64,000 nucleotides of DNA. Source: Verrucomicrobiota bacterium (GTDB lineage Bacteria > Verrucomicrobiota > Verrucomicrobiia > Limisphaerales > Palsa-1400). A model generated the notes under the pieces. The model did not search any database. It had not been told where the DNA came from and saw only the letters and a program-made list of their open reading frames with translations. Where the stretch lies: NCBI GenBank assembly GCA_049510745.1, contig JBEKYR010000020.1, positions 1 through 64,000 of the forward strand, in the 5' to 3' direction. The translations under genes and the position numbers were made by a program. Of the stretch, positions 10,009 to 20,989 are shown piece after piece. The stretch's first letter is position 1. Every line of letters begins with the position of its first letter.

Positions 10009-12414
10009 ATGAATCATTCAAAGCACGACTCCCACAGCAAATTCATCCTTCTGGTTTTGATCTTTGGCGCCTTCGCCCACAGCGCCTTCGCCCAGGCCAG
10101 CTTGACGGTTGATATTGACAAACCGGGGCACCCTGTCTCACCCACTTTGTGGGGTATTTTCTTCGAGGACATCAACCTCTCCGCCGACGGCGGCCTCTAT
10201 CCCGAACTGGTCCGCAACCGGTCGTTCGAGGATTCCGACCAGCCCAACTTCTGGACCCTTTCCGATTCCAACGGCGGCAAAAGCAAAATCGCCATTGATT
10301 CAAGCCTGCCCCTCAACACTTTCAACCGCCATTGCCTGCGCCTCACCCTGGACGGTTCGGCCGCCTTGGAAAACGAAGGCTACTGGGGGATGAACCTGGT
10401 CGAAGGCGAAACCTATGCCTTCCGTCTGGCGGCGCGCGCCGCCGAAGGCTTTTCCGGGCCGCTGACCGTGCGGCTGCTCGGCGCCGCCGGCAATGAACTG
10501 GCCAAAGGCGAAGTCACCGGCCTCGGTCGCGAATGGCGCTACCACACGCTCGAACTGACCGCCGCCGCCGGCGATCCCAAGGCGCGCCTGCAAATCAGCG
10601 CTGCCGGCAAAGGCTCGATCTTTCTTGACATGGTCTCGCTCCTGCCCGCCAAAACATGGAAAGATCACGGCCTGCGCGCCGACCTGGCGCAATCCCTCGA
10701 CGCCCTTCATCCCTCCTTCCTGCGGTTCCCCGGCGGCAACTGGGTGGAAGGCGACGACATAGCGCACATGTATCATTGGAAGAACACCATTGGCGACCTC
10801 GACGCCCGCACGCCTCTGTGGAATACTTGGGGCTACAACACCACCCAGGGTCTCGGCTTCCACGAATACCTGCAACTGTGCGAAGACCTTGGCGCCACCC
10901 CCCTGTTCTGCATCTGCGCCGGCATGTCCTTGCGCGACAGCGTGCCCATGAGCCAGATGGGCCAGTGGATCCAGGACGCCCTTGATGCCATCGAATACGC
11001 CAACGGTCCGACCAATTCCGTTTGGGGCGGCATCCGCGCCCAAAACGGCCATCCCGCACCCTTCGGTTTGAAATACATGGAAATCGGCAACGAGAACGGC
11101 GGGGCCGATTACGGCCAGCGCTGGCCTCTCCTTTATCATGCCATCAAGGATAAATACCCCGACATGCAACTCGTGGCCGATGTCTGGGGCGGCTACCCAA
11201 GAACTCCCCCGCCCGATTTGATCGACGAGCACTACTACGACACCCCGGAATTCTTCATGCGCCAGGCCAGTCGTTACGACACCTACGACCGCAATGGCCC
11301 GAAGATTTTTGTCGGCGAATACGCCGTCACCCAGCATGCCGGCAAAGGCAATCTTCGCGCCGCCATCGGCGAGGCCGCCTTCATGACCGGCTTGGAGCGC
11401 AACTCCGATGTTGTGGCCATGGCCAGCTACGCGCCGCTTTTCGTCAACCTCAACCATCGGGCCTGGAACCCGGACCTGATCAATTTCGACAGTTCCAAGT
11501 GGTATGGCCTGCCGGGTTATTATGTGCAGAAGATGTTCAGCGAGAATCGCGGCGATGTCGTGCTGCCTGTCCAAGTGGAGTCACCGGTGGAGGAGGAAGT
11601 CGCGCGCACGGTCGCAGGCAGGATCGGCGTCGGCACCTGGAACACGAAATCGGAATTCAAGGACGTCAAAGTCACGGCGCCAGACGGCGGAGTTTTGTTC
11701 ACTTCCGATTTTTCAAATAATTCAAGCGGCTGGAAGAAACTCGGCGACGGCGATTGGGCCGTCAAAGACGGCGCGTTGCGGCAAAACACAGAAAGCGAAT
11801 TCGTCCGCGCGCTTGCCGGGGACAAGTCGTGGACGGATTACACGCTGACGCTCAAGGCGCGCAAAATTGGCGGCAGGGAAGGCTTCCTGATTCTGTTTCA
11901 CATCGCCAATGACGACGGCCGGACCTGGTGGAATCTCGGCGGCTGGGGCAACACGCAGGACGCCATTGAAAATGGCGGGGTGATTGACCCGAAACCCGGC
12001 CGGATTGAAACCGGACGCTGGTATGACATCCGCCTCGAGATCAGTGGCAAAAGAGCCAAGTGCTTCCTCGACGGCCAGTTGATCCATGACGTGGATTACG
12101 AAAACGGCGGCCCGATCAAGGCGCTATACGCCTCGGCGTCGCATGACAATAACACTGGCGACGTGATTCTGAAAGTTGTCAATGCCAGCGCGGAGAAGAT
12201 CGACACCGCCGTTCATCTCAAAGGCGCAAAAGAACTGGCCCGCTCCGGCCGGGCCATCGTGCTGTCTTCGGATAATCCGACCGACGAGAACTCCTTGGAC
12301 GCGCCCGCCAAAGTCTCCCCGAAGACGGAAACCCTCAGCCTGGACGGCCCCGATTTCCAGCGCGTCTTTCCCGGCAACTCGCTCACCGTGTTGCGCATCG
12401 GCGCGCATAATTGA
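10009..12414 (+). CDS. Alpha-L-arabinofuranosidase GH51 (signal peptide, no LamG/C-terminal tail)
   Basis: GIFFEDIN, RFPGG, EIGNE, DEHYY, VGEYA, ERNSD motifs; paralog of the upstream gene. Confidence 0.95.
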   Translation: MNHSKHDSHSKFILLVLIFGAFAHSAFAQASLTVDIDKPGHPVSPTLWGIFFEDINLSADGGLYPELVRNRSFEDSDQPNFWTLSDSNGGKSKIAIDSSLPLNTFNRHCLRLTLDGSAALENEGYWGMNLVEGETYAFRLAARAAEGFSGPLTVRLLGAAGNELAKGEVTGLGREWRYHTLELTAAAGDPKARLQISAAGKGSIFLDMVSLLPAKTWKDHGLRADLAQSLDALHPSFLRFPGGNWVEGDDIAHMYHWKNTIGDLDARTPLWNTWGYNTTQGLGFHEYLQLCEDLGATPLFCICAGMSLRDSVPMSQMGQWIQDALDAIEYANGPTNSVWGGIRAQNGHPAPFGLKYMEIGNENGGADYGQRWPLLYHAIKDKYPDMQLVADVWGGYPRTPPPDLIDEHYYDTPEFFMRQASRYDTYDRNGPKIFVGEYAVTQHAGKGNLRAAIGEAAFMTGLERNSDVVAMASYAPLFVNLNHRAWNPDLINFDSSKWYGLPGYYVQKMFSENRGDVVLPVQVESPVEEEVARTVAGRIGVGTWNTKSEFKDVKVTAPDGGVLFTSDFSNNSSGWKKLGDGDWAVKDGALRQNTESEFVRALAGDKSWTDYTLTLKARKIGGREGFLILFHIANDDGRTWWNLGGWGNTQDAIENGGVIDPKPGRIETGRWYDIRLEISGKRAKCFLDGQLIHDVDYENGGPIKALYASASHDNNTGDVILKVVNASAEKIDTAVHLKGAKELARSGRAIVLSSDNPTDENSLDAPAKVSPKTETLSLDGPDFQRVFPGNSLTVLRIGAHN

Positions 12415-12419
12415 TTGCC

Positions 12420-15400
12420 ATGAGCGCGGGCGTTCCAGCGAAGCGAAAGTTGGCCTCCTGGTCTGCTTGCCTTGCTCTCTTGTTCATGCTGCCGGCCGCG
12501 TCCGCGCAAACGCTGACCCATCGTTATAGTTTCTACAGCGAAGCCAACGGCAGCACGACTGCGGTCGATTCAGTCGGCGCCGCCAACGGCACGCTTGCGG
12601 GCGCCGCCGCCATCACCGGCGGCCAACTGGTGTTAAGCGGCGCCAGCGGATGCTACGCCAATCTGCCCGCCAGACTGATCACCGGCGACTCCGCCGTGAC
12701 CATCGAGGCTTGGGCCACTTATGGAACGCTCCCCGCCAACTGCTACTTGTTCTCCTTCGGCAACACCGACAGCGGCGGCGCGGGAGAAGACTACATCTTC
12801 TGCGCGCCCCAGGCCGCGCGGCTCACGATCAGCGGTGTGGACCCCGGCTACAATGGCGAACAGAACGCCTTCTGTGCCGGGTGGTCCAGCCGGGCCAACC
12901 TTCATGTCGTTGCCGTCTTTAATCCGCCGGCGGGTTACGAGGCCCTTTATACCAACGGCGTCCTGGCCGGCGTCAACAATGCCGTCACGATCGCCCTCAG
13001 CTCCGTGAATGACGTGGACAGCTATATTGGCAGGTCGCTTTACACCGCCGATCCCTATGCCCCGATAAAAGTCTCCGAGTTCCGCATCTGGAATGGCGCC
13101 CTCAACGGCCTGCAAGCGGCCGCCGATTACGTGGCCGGGCAGACCGTCACCAACGCCAGTCCCGGAACGGTCACCAATATCCAGTTGCAGGTCGCCTCCA
13201 CCATGATCCAAGGCGCCAAACAAAATGCCGCCGTCACCGCCCGGGCCTCCGGCCTTGCCATCGCGCCCGACATCACGCGGCTCTGCTCTTATTCGTCCGG
13301 CAATACCAACATCTTCACCGTCGCCAGCAACGGCCTCATCACGGCCCTCGGTCCGGGGACCACCAACATCGTCGCCCAATACGCCGGCCTTTCAGCCACG
13401 CAATTCGTCACCGTCACCGTGCCTCCGGCGGTTCTGACCCATCGCTACAGTTTCTTCAACGAAACCAACGGCAGCACGACCGCCATCGACTCCGTCGCCT
13501 CCGCCAACGGCACGCTCAATGGCGCCGCCGCCATCACCGGCGGCCAACTGGTGTTGAACGGCGCCACGGGAACTTACGTCGCGTTGCCGGCGGCCATCAT
13601 CACCAGCGCTTACTCCGGGGCGACCATCGAGGCGTGGGCCAGCTTTGGAACGCTTCCCTTGAACTGTTTCTTCTTCGGCTTCGGCAACACCGATGGCAGC
13701 GGCGCCGGCGAGGACTACATCTTTTGCGCGCCGCAGGCCGGGCGCATCGCCATCACCGCCGCCGACCCCGGCTACCCAGGCGAACAAAACGCGGCCAGCG
13801 GCGTCAATTGGAGCGGGCAGACCAACCTGCACGTCGTGGCGGTCTATGAACCGCCGGCGGGTTATGTGGCTCTCTACACCAACGGCTTTCTGGCGGCGAT
13901 CAACAGCTCCGTCACCATCCCTCTTTCCTCCGTCAACGACGTTTACAGCTACATCGGCAAGTCGCTCTACACGGCCGATCCCTATCCCCCGTTGAGCGTC
14001 CAGGAGTTCCGCATCTACAACGGGCCGTTAAGCCCGCAGCAGATTGCGATCGACGCCGCTTCCGGCCCCGCTCAAATCGTCACCAACCCGGGCGCGTTGC
14101 AGTCGATCCAGTTGGCGCTGACGAATCAGATGCTTATCGGCGCGACTCTGCAGGCGGTGGTGTGGGGCAACTTCGCCAATCTGACCAACGTGAACCTTTT
14201 CACCTATGGTCAGCCAACTGTCGTTTCCACCAATTCGGCCGTGCTCAACATCTCCTCCTCCGGCCTCGTCAGCGCTGTCGGGCCTGGCTCGGCAACGGTC
14301 GTCGCGGCCTATGGCGGTTTGAGCGTGACCAACAGCGTCACGGTGGCTGGCTTTGCGACCAACCAGTTCGTGTTCGACAGCTTTGGCGACGGTTTTTGGA
14401 CGATCATCAACCAGGGCAACAACAACGCCCTTGTGGCCAATTCCCTCCGCTCCACCCAGGAGCCGTTCACCAATGGCGCGACCGAGCAGCAGTTCGAAGT
14501 CCTCTACAACCTCCAGAACTCCACCTTCCGCCTGCGCCAGCGGTCCAGTTGGTATTGTATCGCTCCCCTGGGCAACCACGCCGCGCCGGGCGCGGCGGTT
14601 TCCTGGGCCGCCAGCTACACGGGCGCCGGCGCCCAGCAATGGTACCTGGTCAATGCCGGCGGCGGTTACTACCGCATCTTCAACGCGGCCAGCAACCTGG
14701 TTCTACAGACCGACAACGGCAGCCCGGCCAATGTCACCCTGGCCGCGTCTTCGACCAGTCCGTATCAACTCTGGCAGTTCAATTACCAGACGCATTTCCC
14801 AAAGAAGGGAAGCGCGGGTTATGAGGGTCCGCCTTATTCGACGGAGTTGACAACGTCTTGGGCGTATAACTACGATGACAACACTGGAGTTTTGGAGCCG
14901 TCATCTTTTGATTTTGTGCCGATGGTCTGGGGACAGTATTGGGAGTCTGTGAGCGATCTCCAGTCGCGTGATCCGGGATGGCTTTCCACTCCGAAGCCCT
15001 CCTTCCTCCTTACGTTTAATGAACCCGACAACAGCAGCCAGGCGAACATGACCACCGATCAAGCGATCAGCCTGTGGCCGCAGCTTCAGGCCTTAAACGT
15101 GCCACTGGTCAGCCCGGCAACCCAAAATACCGAGGACGCCTGGGAAAATGGCTTTTTCGACCTGATCGCCAGCAATAACTATCGCGTGGACTACACCGCC
15201 GTGCATGAGTATGTCCCCCCGAACGCCGCGTCACTCATCAGTGACCTGTATTCTGTCTATACCACCTATGGCCATCCCGTCTGGCTGACAGAGTTTTCAC
15301 CGGTGGATTGGAGCGGCTGCCGGTGCTGGTCGGAGGACGACGACTACAACTTCCTGGCCGAGTTCATGTGGCAGGCGGAAGGGCAGAACTGGCTCAGGCG

Positions 15401-16460
15401 GTATGCGGTTTTCCCATTCAGCAATACGAACCCCGACAGCCCATGGGTTGACAACGGCTTTACAGGCAGCGTTTTCCTGTCCGACGGCCAAACGCTTTCC
15501 CCATACGGTGAGCTATACGCGACCTGGGATGCCGATACCTCGCTTGAGGCGGTGACCCCTTACCTCATCCACAATCTGGCCACCAGTTTCCGCTTGACCG
15601 CGACCAATGGCATAAGCACGCCGCTGGCGTCCACCATCTACGTCCGGAACGCCACCACCGAATGGGCTTTGCTGACTTCACCGACCCTCAATAATTGGTA
15701 TGTCATTTCGTTGAACGATGGCCGCCGCTTGCGCTGCGCGAATGGAACATTGAGCCTGGCCCCGTTTGGAACTGTGGGAACGGCGGTGCAATGGACTTTC
15801 ACCGGCCCGGACAGCAGCGGCTACTATTTCATCGCCAACCCGGCGGCGGCGCTGAACCTGTACGCCTCCGGCACGGCGCCTGCCATCAGCTTCGGCACGA
15901 TAAGTTCCGCGACGGAAAACAACAACACCCGCTGGCGGCTGGTCAAACCCTACAAACCCGTCTCCATCCCTGCGGCGGCGGCGCCCGGCGGCCTCTCCGC
16001 CGCTCCCGGCGACGGGACCGTTGCCCTGGGATGGACCGGCTCCGACCGTTTCTACAACGTCTATCGCGCGACCGTCCCCGGCGGCCCCTACACGCAAGTG
16101 GCCGGCATCCTGACGAGCACCGCCTTCACCGACAGTGCCGTGGTCGATGGCGTCTCCTATTACTATGTCGTCACGGGATTGAACATCCTCGGACAAGAAT
16201 CCTCCTACTCGGTGGAGATCAGCGCGCTGCCGGTCTCGCTCAGCCCGCCGCGACTGAGCATCGGGACGGCAGGCAACGGCATCCAGTTTGGCTGGCCATC
16301 GGACCACACCGGCTGGGAATTGCAGGCCCAGACCAATCCGCCCAATGCCGGCATCGGCTCCAACTGGGTCACCGTGTCCGGAACCAGCGCCACCAACCAA
16401 GTCGTCATTCCCGTCAGTCCCGCCGGCGGCAGCGTGTTTTTCCGGCTGGTTTATCCATGA
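12420..16460 (+). CDS. Secreted multimodular glycoside hydrolase: 2x(LamG+Ig-like), ricin-type, GH128-like beta-1,3-glucanase, ricin-like, FN3, C-terminal domain
   Basis: FVPMVWG, TFNEPD, VSPA, AVHEY, PVWLTEF catalytic pattern; QxW ricin motifs; YNVYRA..GGPY FN3. Confidence 0.85.
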   Translation: MSAGVPAKRKLASWSACLALLFMLPAASAQTLTHRYSFYSEANGSTTAVDSVGAANGTLAGAAAITGGQLVLSGASGCYANLPARLITGDSAVTIEAWATYGTLPANCYLFSFGNTDSGGAGEDYIFCAPQAARLTISGVDPGYNGEQNAFCAGWSSRANLHVVAVFNPPAGYEALYTNGVLAGVNNAVTIALSSVNDVDSYIGRSLYTADPYAPIKVSEFRIWNGALNGLQAAADYVAGQTVTNASPGTVTNIQLQVASTMIQGAKQNAAVTARASGLAIAPDITRLCSYSSGNTNIFTVASNGLITALGPGTTNIVAQYAGLSATQFVTVTVPPAVLTHRYSFFNETNGSTTAIDSVASANGTLNGAAAITGGQLVLNGATGTYVALPAAIITSAYSGATIEAWASFGTLPLNCFFFGFGNTDGSGAGEDYIFCAPQAGRIAITAADPGYPGEQNAASGVNWSGQTNLHVVAVYEPPAGYVALYTNGFLAAINSSVTIPLSSVNDVYSYIGKSLYTADPYPPLSVQEFRIYNGPLSPQQIAIDAASGPAQIVTNPGALQSIQLALTNQMLIGATLQAVVWGNFANLTNVNLFTYGQPTVVSTNSAVLNISSSGLVSAVGPGSATVVAAYGGLSVTNSVTVAGFATNQFVFDSFGDGFWTIINQGNNNALVANSLRSTQEPFTNGATEQQFEVLYNLQNSTFRLRQRSSWYCIAPLGNHAAPGAAVSWAASYTGAGAQQWYLVNAGGGYYRIFNAASNLVLQTDNGSPANVTLAASSTSPYQLWQFNYQTHFPKKGSAGYEGPPYSTELTTSWAYNYDDNTGVLEPSSFDFVPMVWGQYWESVSDLQSRDPGWLSTPKPSFLLTFNEPDNSSQANMTTDQAISLWPQLQALNVPLVSPATQNTEDAWENGFFDLIASNNYRVDYTAVHEYVPPNAASLISDLYSVYTTYGHPVWLTEFSPVDWSGCRCWSEDDDYNFLAEFMWQAEGQNWLRRYAVFPFSNTNPDSPWVDNGFTGSVFLSDGQTLSPYGELYATWDADTSLEAVTPYLIHNLATSFRLTATNGISTPLASTIYVRNATTEWALLTSPTLNNWYVISLNDGRRLRCANGTLSLAPFGTVGTAVQWTFTGPDSSGYYFIANPAAALNLYASGTAPAISFGTISSATENNNTRWRLVKPYKPVSIPAAAAPGGLSAAPGDGTVALGWTGSDRFYNVYRATVPGGPYTQVAGILTSTAFTDSAVVDGVSYYYVVTGLNILGQESSYSVEISALPVSLSPPRLSIGTAGNGIQFGWPSDHTGWELQAQTNPPNAGIGSNWVTVSGTSATNQVVIPVSPAGGSVFFRLVYP

Positions 16461-16502
16461 TCCGCCCGGGACGGCCTGGCGCTGGTGTGGATTAGATTCT
16501 GA

Positions 16503-17441
16503 TCAGGGCATGAGGCGCGTGCCGCCGCCTCCGTCCAGGGCGAGGGAAAGCTTGGACGGGCAGGTGATGACGGCTTCGCGTCCGCCGCTCTGGAGGAAAT
16601 GCACGCACGCTTCCACCTTTGGCAGCATTGACCCCGGCGGAAAATGGCCTTGAGCGGCAAATTCCTTTGCCTGGGCCACGGTCATTGAATCGAGTTCCTG
16701 CTGGTCCGGCCGGCCAAAGTTCAGGCAGACTTTTTCAACCGAAGTCGAGATCATGAGCAGGTCGGCGCCGATCTGGCGGGCGAGGACCGCGGAGGCGAGG
16801 TCCTTGTCAATCACAGCCGGCACGCCGCGCAACAGGCCCCGCTCGTCGGCTACAACCGGAATCCCGCCCCCGCCCGCGGCCACCACGACGTAGCCAGCCT
16901 TGACCAGGTGGCGCACGACTTGGGCTTCGATGATGCGCACCGGCTTGGGCGAAGCCACCACCCGCCGCCAGCCGCGCCCGGAGTCCTCGGCCATCGTCCA
17001 CTGCTCGACCCGCATCCGTTCTGCGGCTTGCTCGCGGGTGTAGAACTCGCCAATCGGTTTGGTGGGTTTGGCGAAAGCCGGATCGCTTTCGTCCACGAGC
17101 GTTTGCGTGACGACGGTCGCGACCGACTTTTTGAGTCCGCGCCGGCGGAATTCATTCTCCAGGGCCTGCTGCAATTGATACCCCAGGGCGCCCTGGGTGT
17201 CGGCCACGATGGAATCAAGGGGCACCTGGTGGAGCACGCCGCGCGAGTGTTCGCTGCGCAAGAGAATGAAACCCACTTGCGGCCCGTTGCCGTGGGTGAT
17301 GACAACCCGGCACCGCCGCTGCAACAAATCGGTGATGTGCCGCACCGTATCGACCACGGCGGCGTATTGGTCCGGCACGCTTTGATGGCGCGCGTCCTGG
17401 ATGAGCGAGTTGCCGCCAATGGCGATGACGACGGTTTTCAT
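16503..17441 (-). CDS. arcC: Carbamate kinase
   Basis: AIGGNSL, THGNGPQVG, DPAF..PTKPIG, RRVVASP, VIDKD, GSMLPKV. Confidence 0.95.
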   Translation of the reverse strand: MKTVVIAIGGNSLIQDARHQSVPDQYAAVVDTVRHITDLLQRRCRVVITHGNGPQVGFILLRSEHSRGVLHQVPLDSIVADTQGALGYQLQQALENEFRRRGLKKSVATVVTQTLVDESDPAFAKPTKPIGEFYTREQAAERMRVEQWTMAEDSGRGWRRVVASPKPVRIIEAQVVRHLVKAGYVVVAAGGGGIPVVADERGLLRGVPAVIDKDLASAVLARQIGADLLMISTSVEKVCLNFGRPDQQELDSMTVAQAKEFAAQGHFPPGSMLPKVEACVHFLQSGGREAVITCPSKLSLALDGGGGTRLMP

Positions 17442-17525
17442 GTGTTTCTCAGCCGCACTTTTGCAACTGGCGGCTCAATGAGCCAAACGGTTAAAAGCGC
17501 CTCAGAGCATTTCAGGTTGATTCAT

Positions 17526-18781
17526 TTAATCCTGCTTTCCCAGGTGCTTGTCGGCAAAATCCAGGAAGTACTTCCAGTCCTCCTTCGTCATCGAGTGTTG
17601 GCCGGGACGGATGAAATAACCGAGGGTGCCATCGGCCAGCGTGTTGGTGGCGGGCATGGCGGCCGCGGAAAGCCCTTCGGCGCCGAGGAGACGATAGACC
17701 TTGTCCGCGCCGCGCAGCATGTCGAACGCGCCCGCCGGGTTGGCCCAGGTGTCCTCGACCGCCGCGCCCAGCAGGACGGGACGCGGCGCGCACAGGGCAA
17801 TGAGACAGTTTTGATCAATGGGCAGGCGTTCGGGTTGGTCGTTGAATTCCTTGAAGACATCGCAGAACCAATGGGGGAAGGACGTATTAATCCTCTTGAC
17901 AGATTCGCCGACGCGGCCGCGGCTCGGCGCCGTGCCGCCGCAACCGGCTTGCAGCGGAATGACCAGCGCGATCCGCTCGTCCAACGCCCCCGCCAGGAGG
18001 CTCGCTTTGCCCAGGCGGGAATGCCCCACCACCGCGATCCGTTGCGGGTCGATGTCCCCGTCCCGCGCCAGGTAATCGACGGCGCGCTGCATCCCCCACG
18101 CCCAGGCGGCCAGCGCTCCCCAATCGTCGGCGGCGCGCGGCGCGCGGACGGTTTCGCGCACGCCGCCCTGGGCGTTGGTCGTGTCCGGCTCGACATCGCC
18201 GTAGTAATAGGTCGCAACGGCGTAGCCGCGGTCGATGGACTGTTCCAGTTCCCAGACGTGGGTCTGCGTGCCGCGCCCCGCTTCGGTCGCGTGGTTGTTG
18301 GTGACATCGGGCGGGCGCCCCTCCATCCACGAAGCGGTCAAAGGGACGTTGGTGTCGGCCACCAGCGTGTGATTGCCGCTGAAATTCATGCCAAGGAAAA
18401 CAGGCGCCGGGCCGCGGCGCCGGTTGGGCGCGACCATCATCAGGTGGATTTCGGGCGCTTCCGGCGGGCCGAACTTCAAACTGACCAGCTTGAGCGTGGC
18501 CTTGCCGGCGAAGAAATTCGTGTCGCGGTAAGTGACCGTGCCGCGCACTTCCGCCGGGGGAGGGAACCAGCCGTACATGTAATGTTGAAAGAGCGATTTC
18601 AATTCCGGCCGCCGCCGCTCGAACCATTGCTGGCGGGTCGCGACCCGTTGGTCGTTGAACAGGACCAGCGGGTCCGGCGGGTCCGGCTGGGGCGGCAGTT
18701 GCGCGGCGGGGGGAAAGGCCGTCGCCGCTTTCGAGCCAATCGCCATAGACAGAACCAGGACCACCAAGTAAGAATCGCGCT

Positions 18782-18785
<4 letters not shown>
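17526..18785 (-). CDS. Carbohydrate esterase family 15 (glucuronoyl esterase-like), secreted
   Basis: WAWG..RAVDYL, GHSRLGK nucleophile motif, LPIDQ..LIAL.APRP; ATG overlaps the yjbQ stop. Confidence 0.88.
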
Positions 18786-19201
<416 letters not shown>

Positions 19202-19280
19202 CCCGCCGTTCTACCAGAACGGAGCGCATCTGAAAAGCACCGATCCGCAGCGCGTCAAAGCCGCAACCAAAAAAGACGTT

Positions 19281-19363
19281 TTGACAGGATAAACAGGATT
19301 TACAGGATAAGGTCTTCTTGTTTTTCCATTTCCGAATCCTGTTCATCCTGTTCATCCTGTCAA
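19281..19363. repeat. Inverted repeat built from 9-mer units (ACAGGATnn x3 / nnATCCTGT x3)
   Basis: ttgacaggataaacaggatttacaggat ... atcctgttcatcctgttcatcctgtcaa. Confidence 0.9.
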
Positions 19364-19421
19364 TTCTTTCCAACATGTTTTTCTTGACTTAACCGCGAAA
19401 TTCCCCCAGCATAGTCCAAGT

Positions 19422-20381
19422 ATGAAAGGGACAATCCCCGCCCTTTTTGGCTTGCTGCTGTTGGCCGCGCCGGCAGCGGTGCAAGCCCAATACACTTGCA
19501 CGAACAATGCCACGATCCCCAACGGCGTCACCAGCATCCCGGACTATGCGTTCTATGACTGCACCATCCTGACCAACGTCACGATCCCCGACAGCGTCAC
19601 CAGCATCGGAAGCTCTGCGTTCTCTGGCTGCACCGCCCTGAAAAGCGTCACGATTGGCAGCAGCGTCATCAGCATCGGGCTCTCGGCGTTCCAAAACTGC
19701 ACCGCCCTGAAAAGCGTGACGATCCCCGACAGCGTCATCAGCATTGGTGGGGGCGATTCGTACTACTATCCTCAGAGTTACGGAGCGTTCGAAGGCTGCA
19801 CCAGCCTGACCAACGCCATCATCGGCAACGGCGTCACCAGCATCGGGAACTCGGCATTCAATGGCTGCACCGGCTTGAAAAGCGTCACGATTGGCACCAG
19901 CGTCCAGATCATCGGGGAGTATGCGTTCTATTCCTGCGGCCTGACCAGCGTGACGATCCCCGACAGCGTCACTACCATCGGGCAGTCTGCGTTCGCAAAC
20001 TGCACCGGTCTGAAAAGCGTCTATTTCAAAGGCAATGCCATCGGCATTGATTCGTCTGTGTTCTCAGGTGACAACAATGCGACTGTCTATTACCTGCTGG
20101 GAACTACGGGCTGGAGCTCGCCATTTGGCGGTCGTCCTGCTGTGTTGTGGAACCCGCTGATCGTCACTGGCGATGGCAGTTTCGGCGTGCGGAACAATCA
20201 ATTTGGGTTCGACATCGCCGGCACAACCAATATCCCCATCGTGGTGGAAGCCTGCACAACTCTGGACAACCCTGTTTGGTCTCCGCTACAGACCCTCACG
20301 CTCACCAACGGTTTGTTTTATTTCAGCGAACCACTGCAAACCAACAGCGCCAGCCGCTACTACCGCATCCGCTCGCCCTGA
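19422..20381 (+). CDS. BspA/TpLRR-type leucine-rich repeat surface protein
   Basis: Signal peptide; repeated L.SVTIP.SVTSIG..AF..C units; tail YYRIRSP. Confidence 0.92.
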   Translation: MKGTIPALFGLLLLAAPAAVQAQYTCTNNATIPNGVTSIPDYAFYDCTILTNVTIPDSVTSIGSSAFSGCTALKSVTIGSSVISIGLSAFQNCTALKSVTIPDSVISIGGGDSYYYPQSYGAFEGCTSLTNAIIGNGVTSIGNSAFNGCTGLKSVTIGTSVQIIGEYAFYSCGLTSVTIPDSVTTIGQSAFANCTGLKSVYFKGNAIGIDSSVFSGDNNATVYYLLGTTGWSSPFGGRPAVLWNPLIVTGDGSFGVRNNQFGFDIAGTTNIPIVVEACTTLDNPVWSPLQTLTLTNGLFYFSEPLQTNSASRYYRIRSP

Positions 20382-20541
20382 TCGGTGCAAATGACCGCCA
20401 GGGGGCGGGAATTGAAAATTGGGAATTGAGAAACTGTAATTTGTAATTGTCAGCGGCGCGCCCGTCGCCCGCCGGGAGAGCGAACGGCCGGCGCAACCAA
20501 TCTTGCCGGCCGGCTGGCCAAAAAATGCAATGAAATTTCCA

Positions 20542-20592
20542 TTGACGGCTGCGATTACGGATGTAATCTATTCACGATTGCAAATGTAATCG
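20542..20592 (+). promoter_or_regulatory. Putative promoter with two BlaI-type operator palindromes
   Basis: TTGACG(20542)-N16-TAATCT; GATTACggatGTAATC (20553-68) and GATTGCaaatGTAATC (20576-91) resemble TACA-NN-TGTA boxes of BlaI/MecI/CopY. Confidence 0.8.
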
Positions 20593-20605
20593 CGCAAGGC
20601 AACGA

Positions 20606-20980
20606 ATGAAAAAAATTCCGCGAATCTCCGAATCGGAGTGGGAGGTGATGAAAGTCGTGTGGGCAAAAGCGCCCTGTTCCGCCAGCCAAATCATCGACGC
20701 CCTCCACCAGCGCGACGCCGCCTGGCATCCCAAAACGGTCAAGGCCTTTCTGAACCGGCTGGTCAGGAAAAAGGCCCTCGGCTTCAAATTGGACGGGCGG
20801 GCTTATCTCTACCATCCGCTGGTCCGGCAAAGCGAGTGCGCCGAGGCCGCGAGCCAGTCGTTCCTGGAGCGGGTGTTCGAAGGGTCCTTCACACCGATGC
20901 TGGCGCATTTTGTCGCGCGCAAGAGGCTTTCGCGGGAGGAAATCCGCGAACTGAAAAAACTGCTTGACAGCCAGAAGTAA
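20606..20980 (+). CDS. blaI: BlaI/MecI/CopY family repressor
   Basis: ISESEWEVMKVVW, W..KTV..LNRLV.K, FLERVFEGS. Confidence 0.95.
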   Translation: MKKIPRISESEWEVMKVVWAKAPCSASQIIDALHQRDAAWHPKTVKAFLNRLVRKKALGFKLDGRAYLYHPLVRQSECAEAASQSFLERVFEGSFTPMLAHFVARKRLSREEIRELKKLLDSQK

Positions 20981-20989
20981 GGAGATTTC

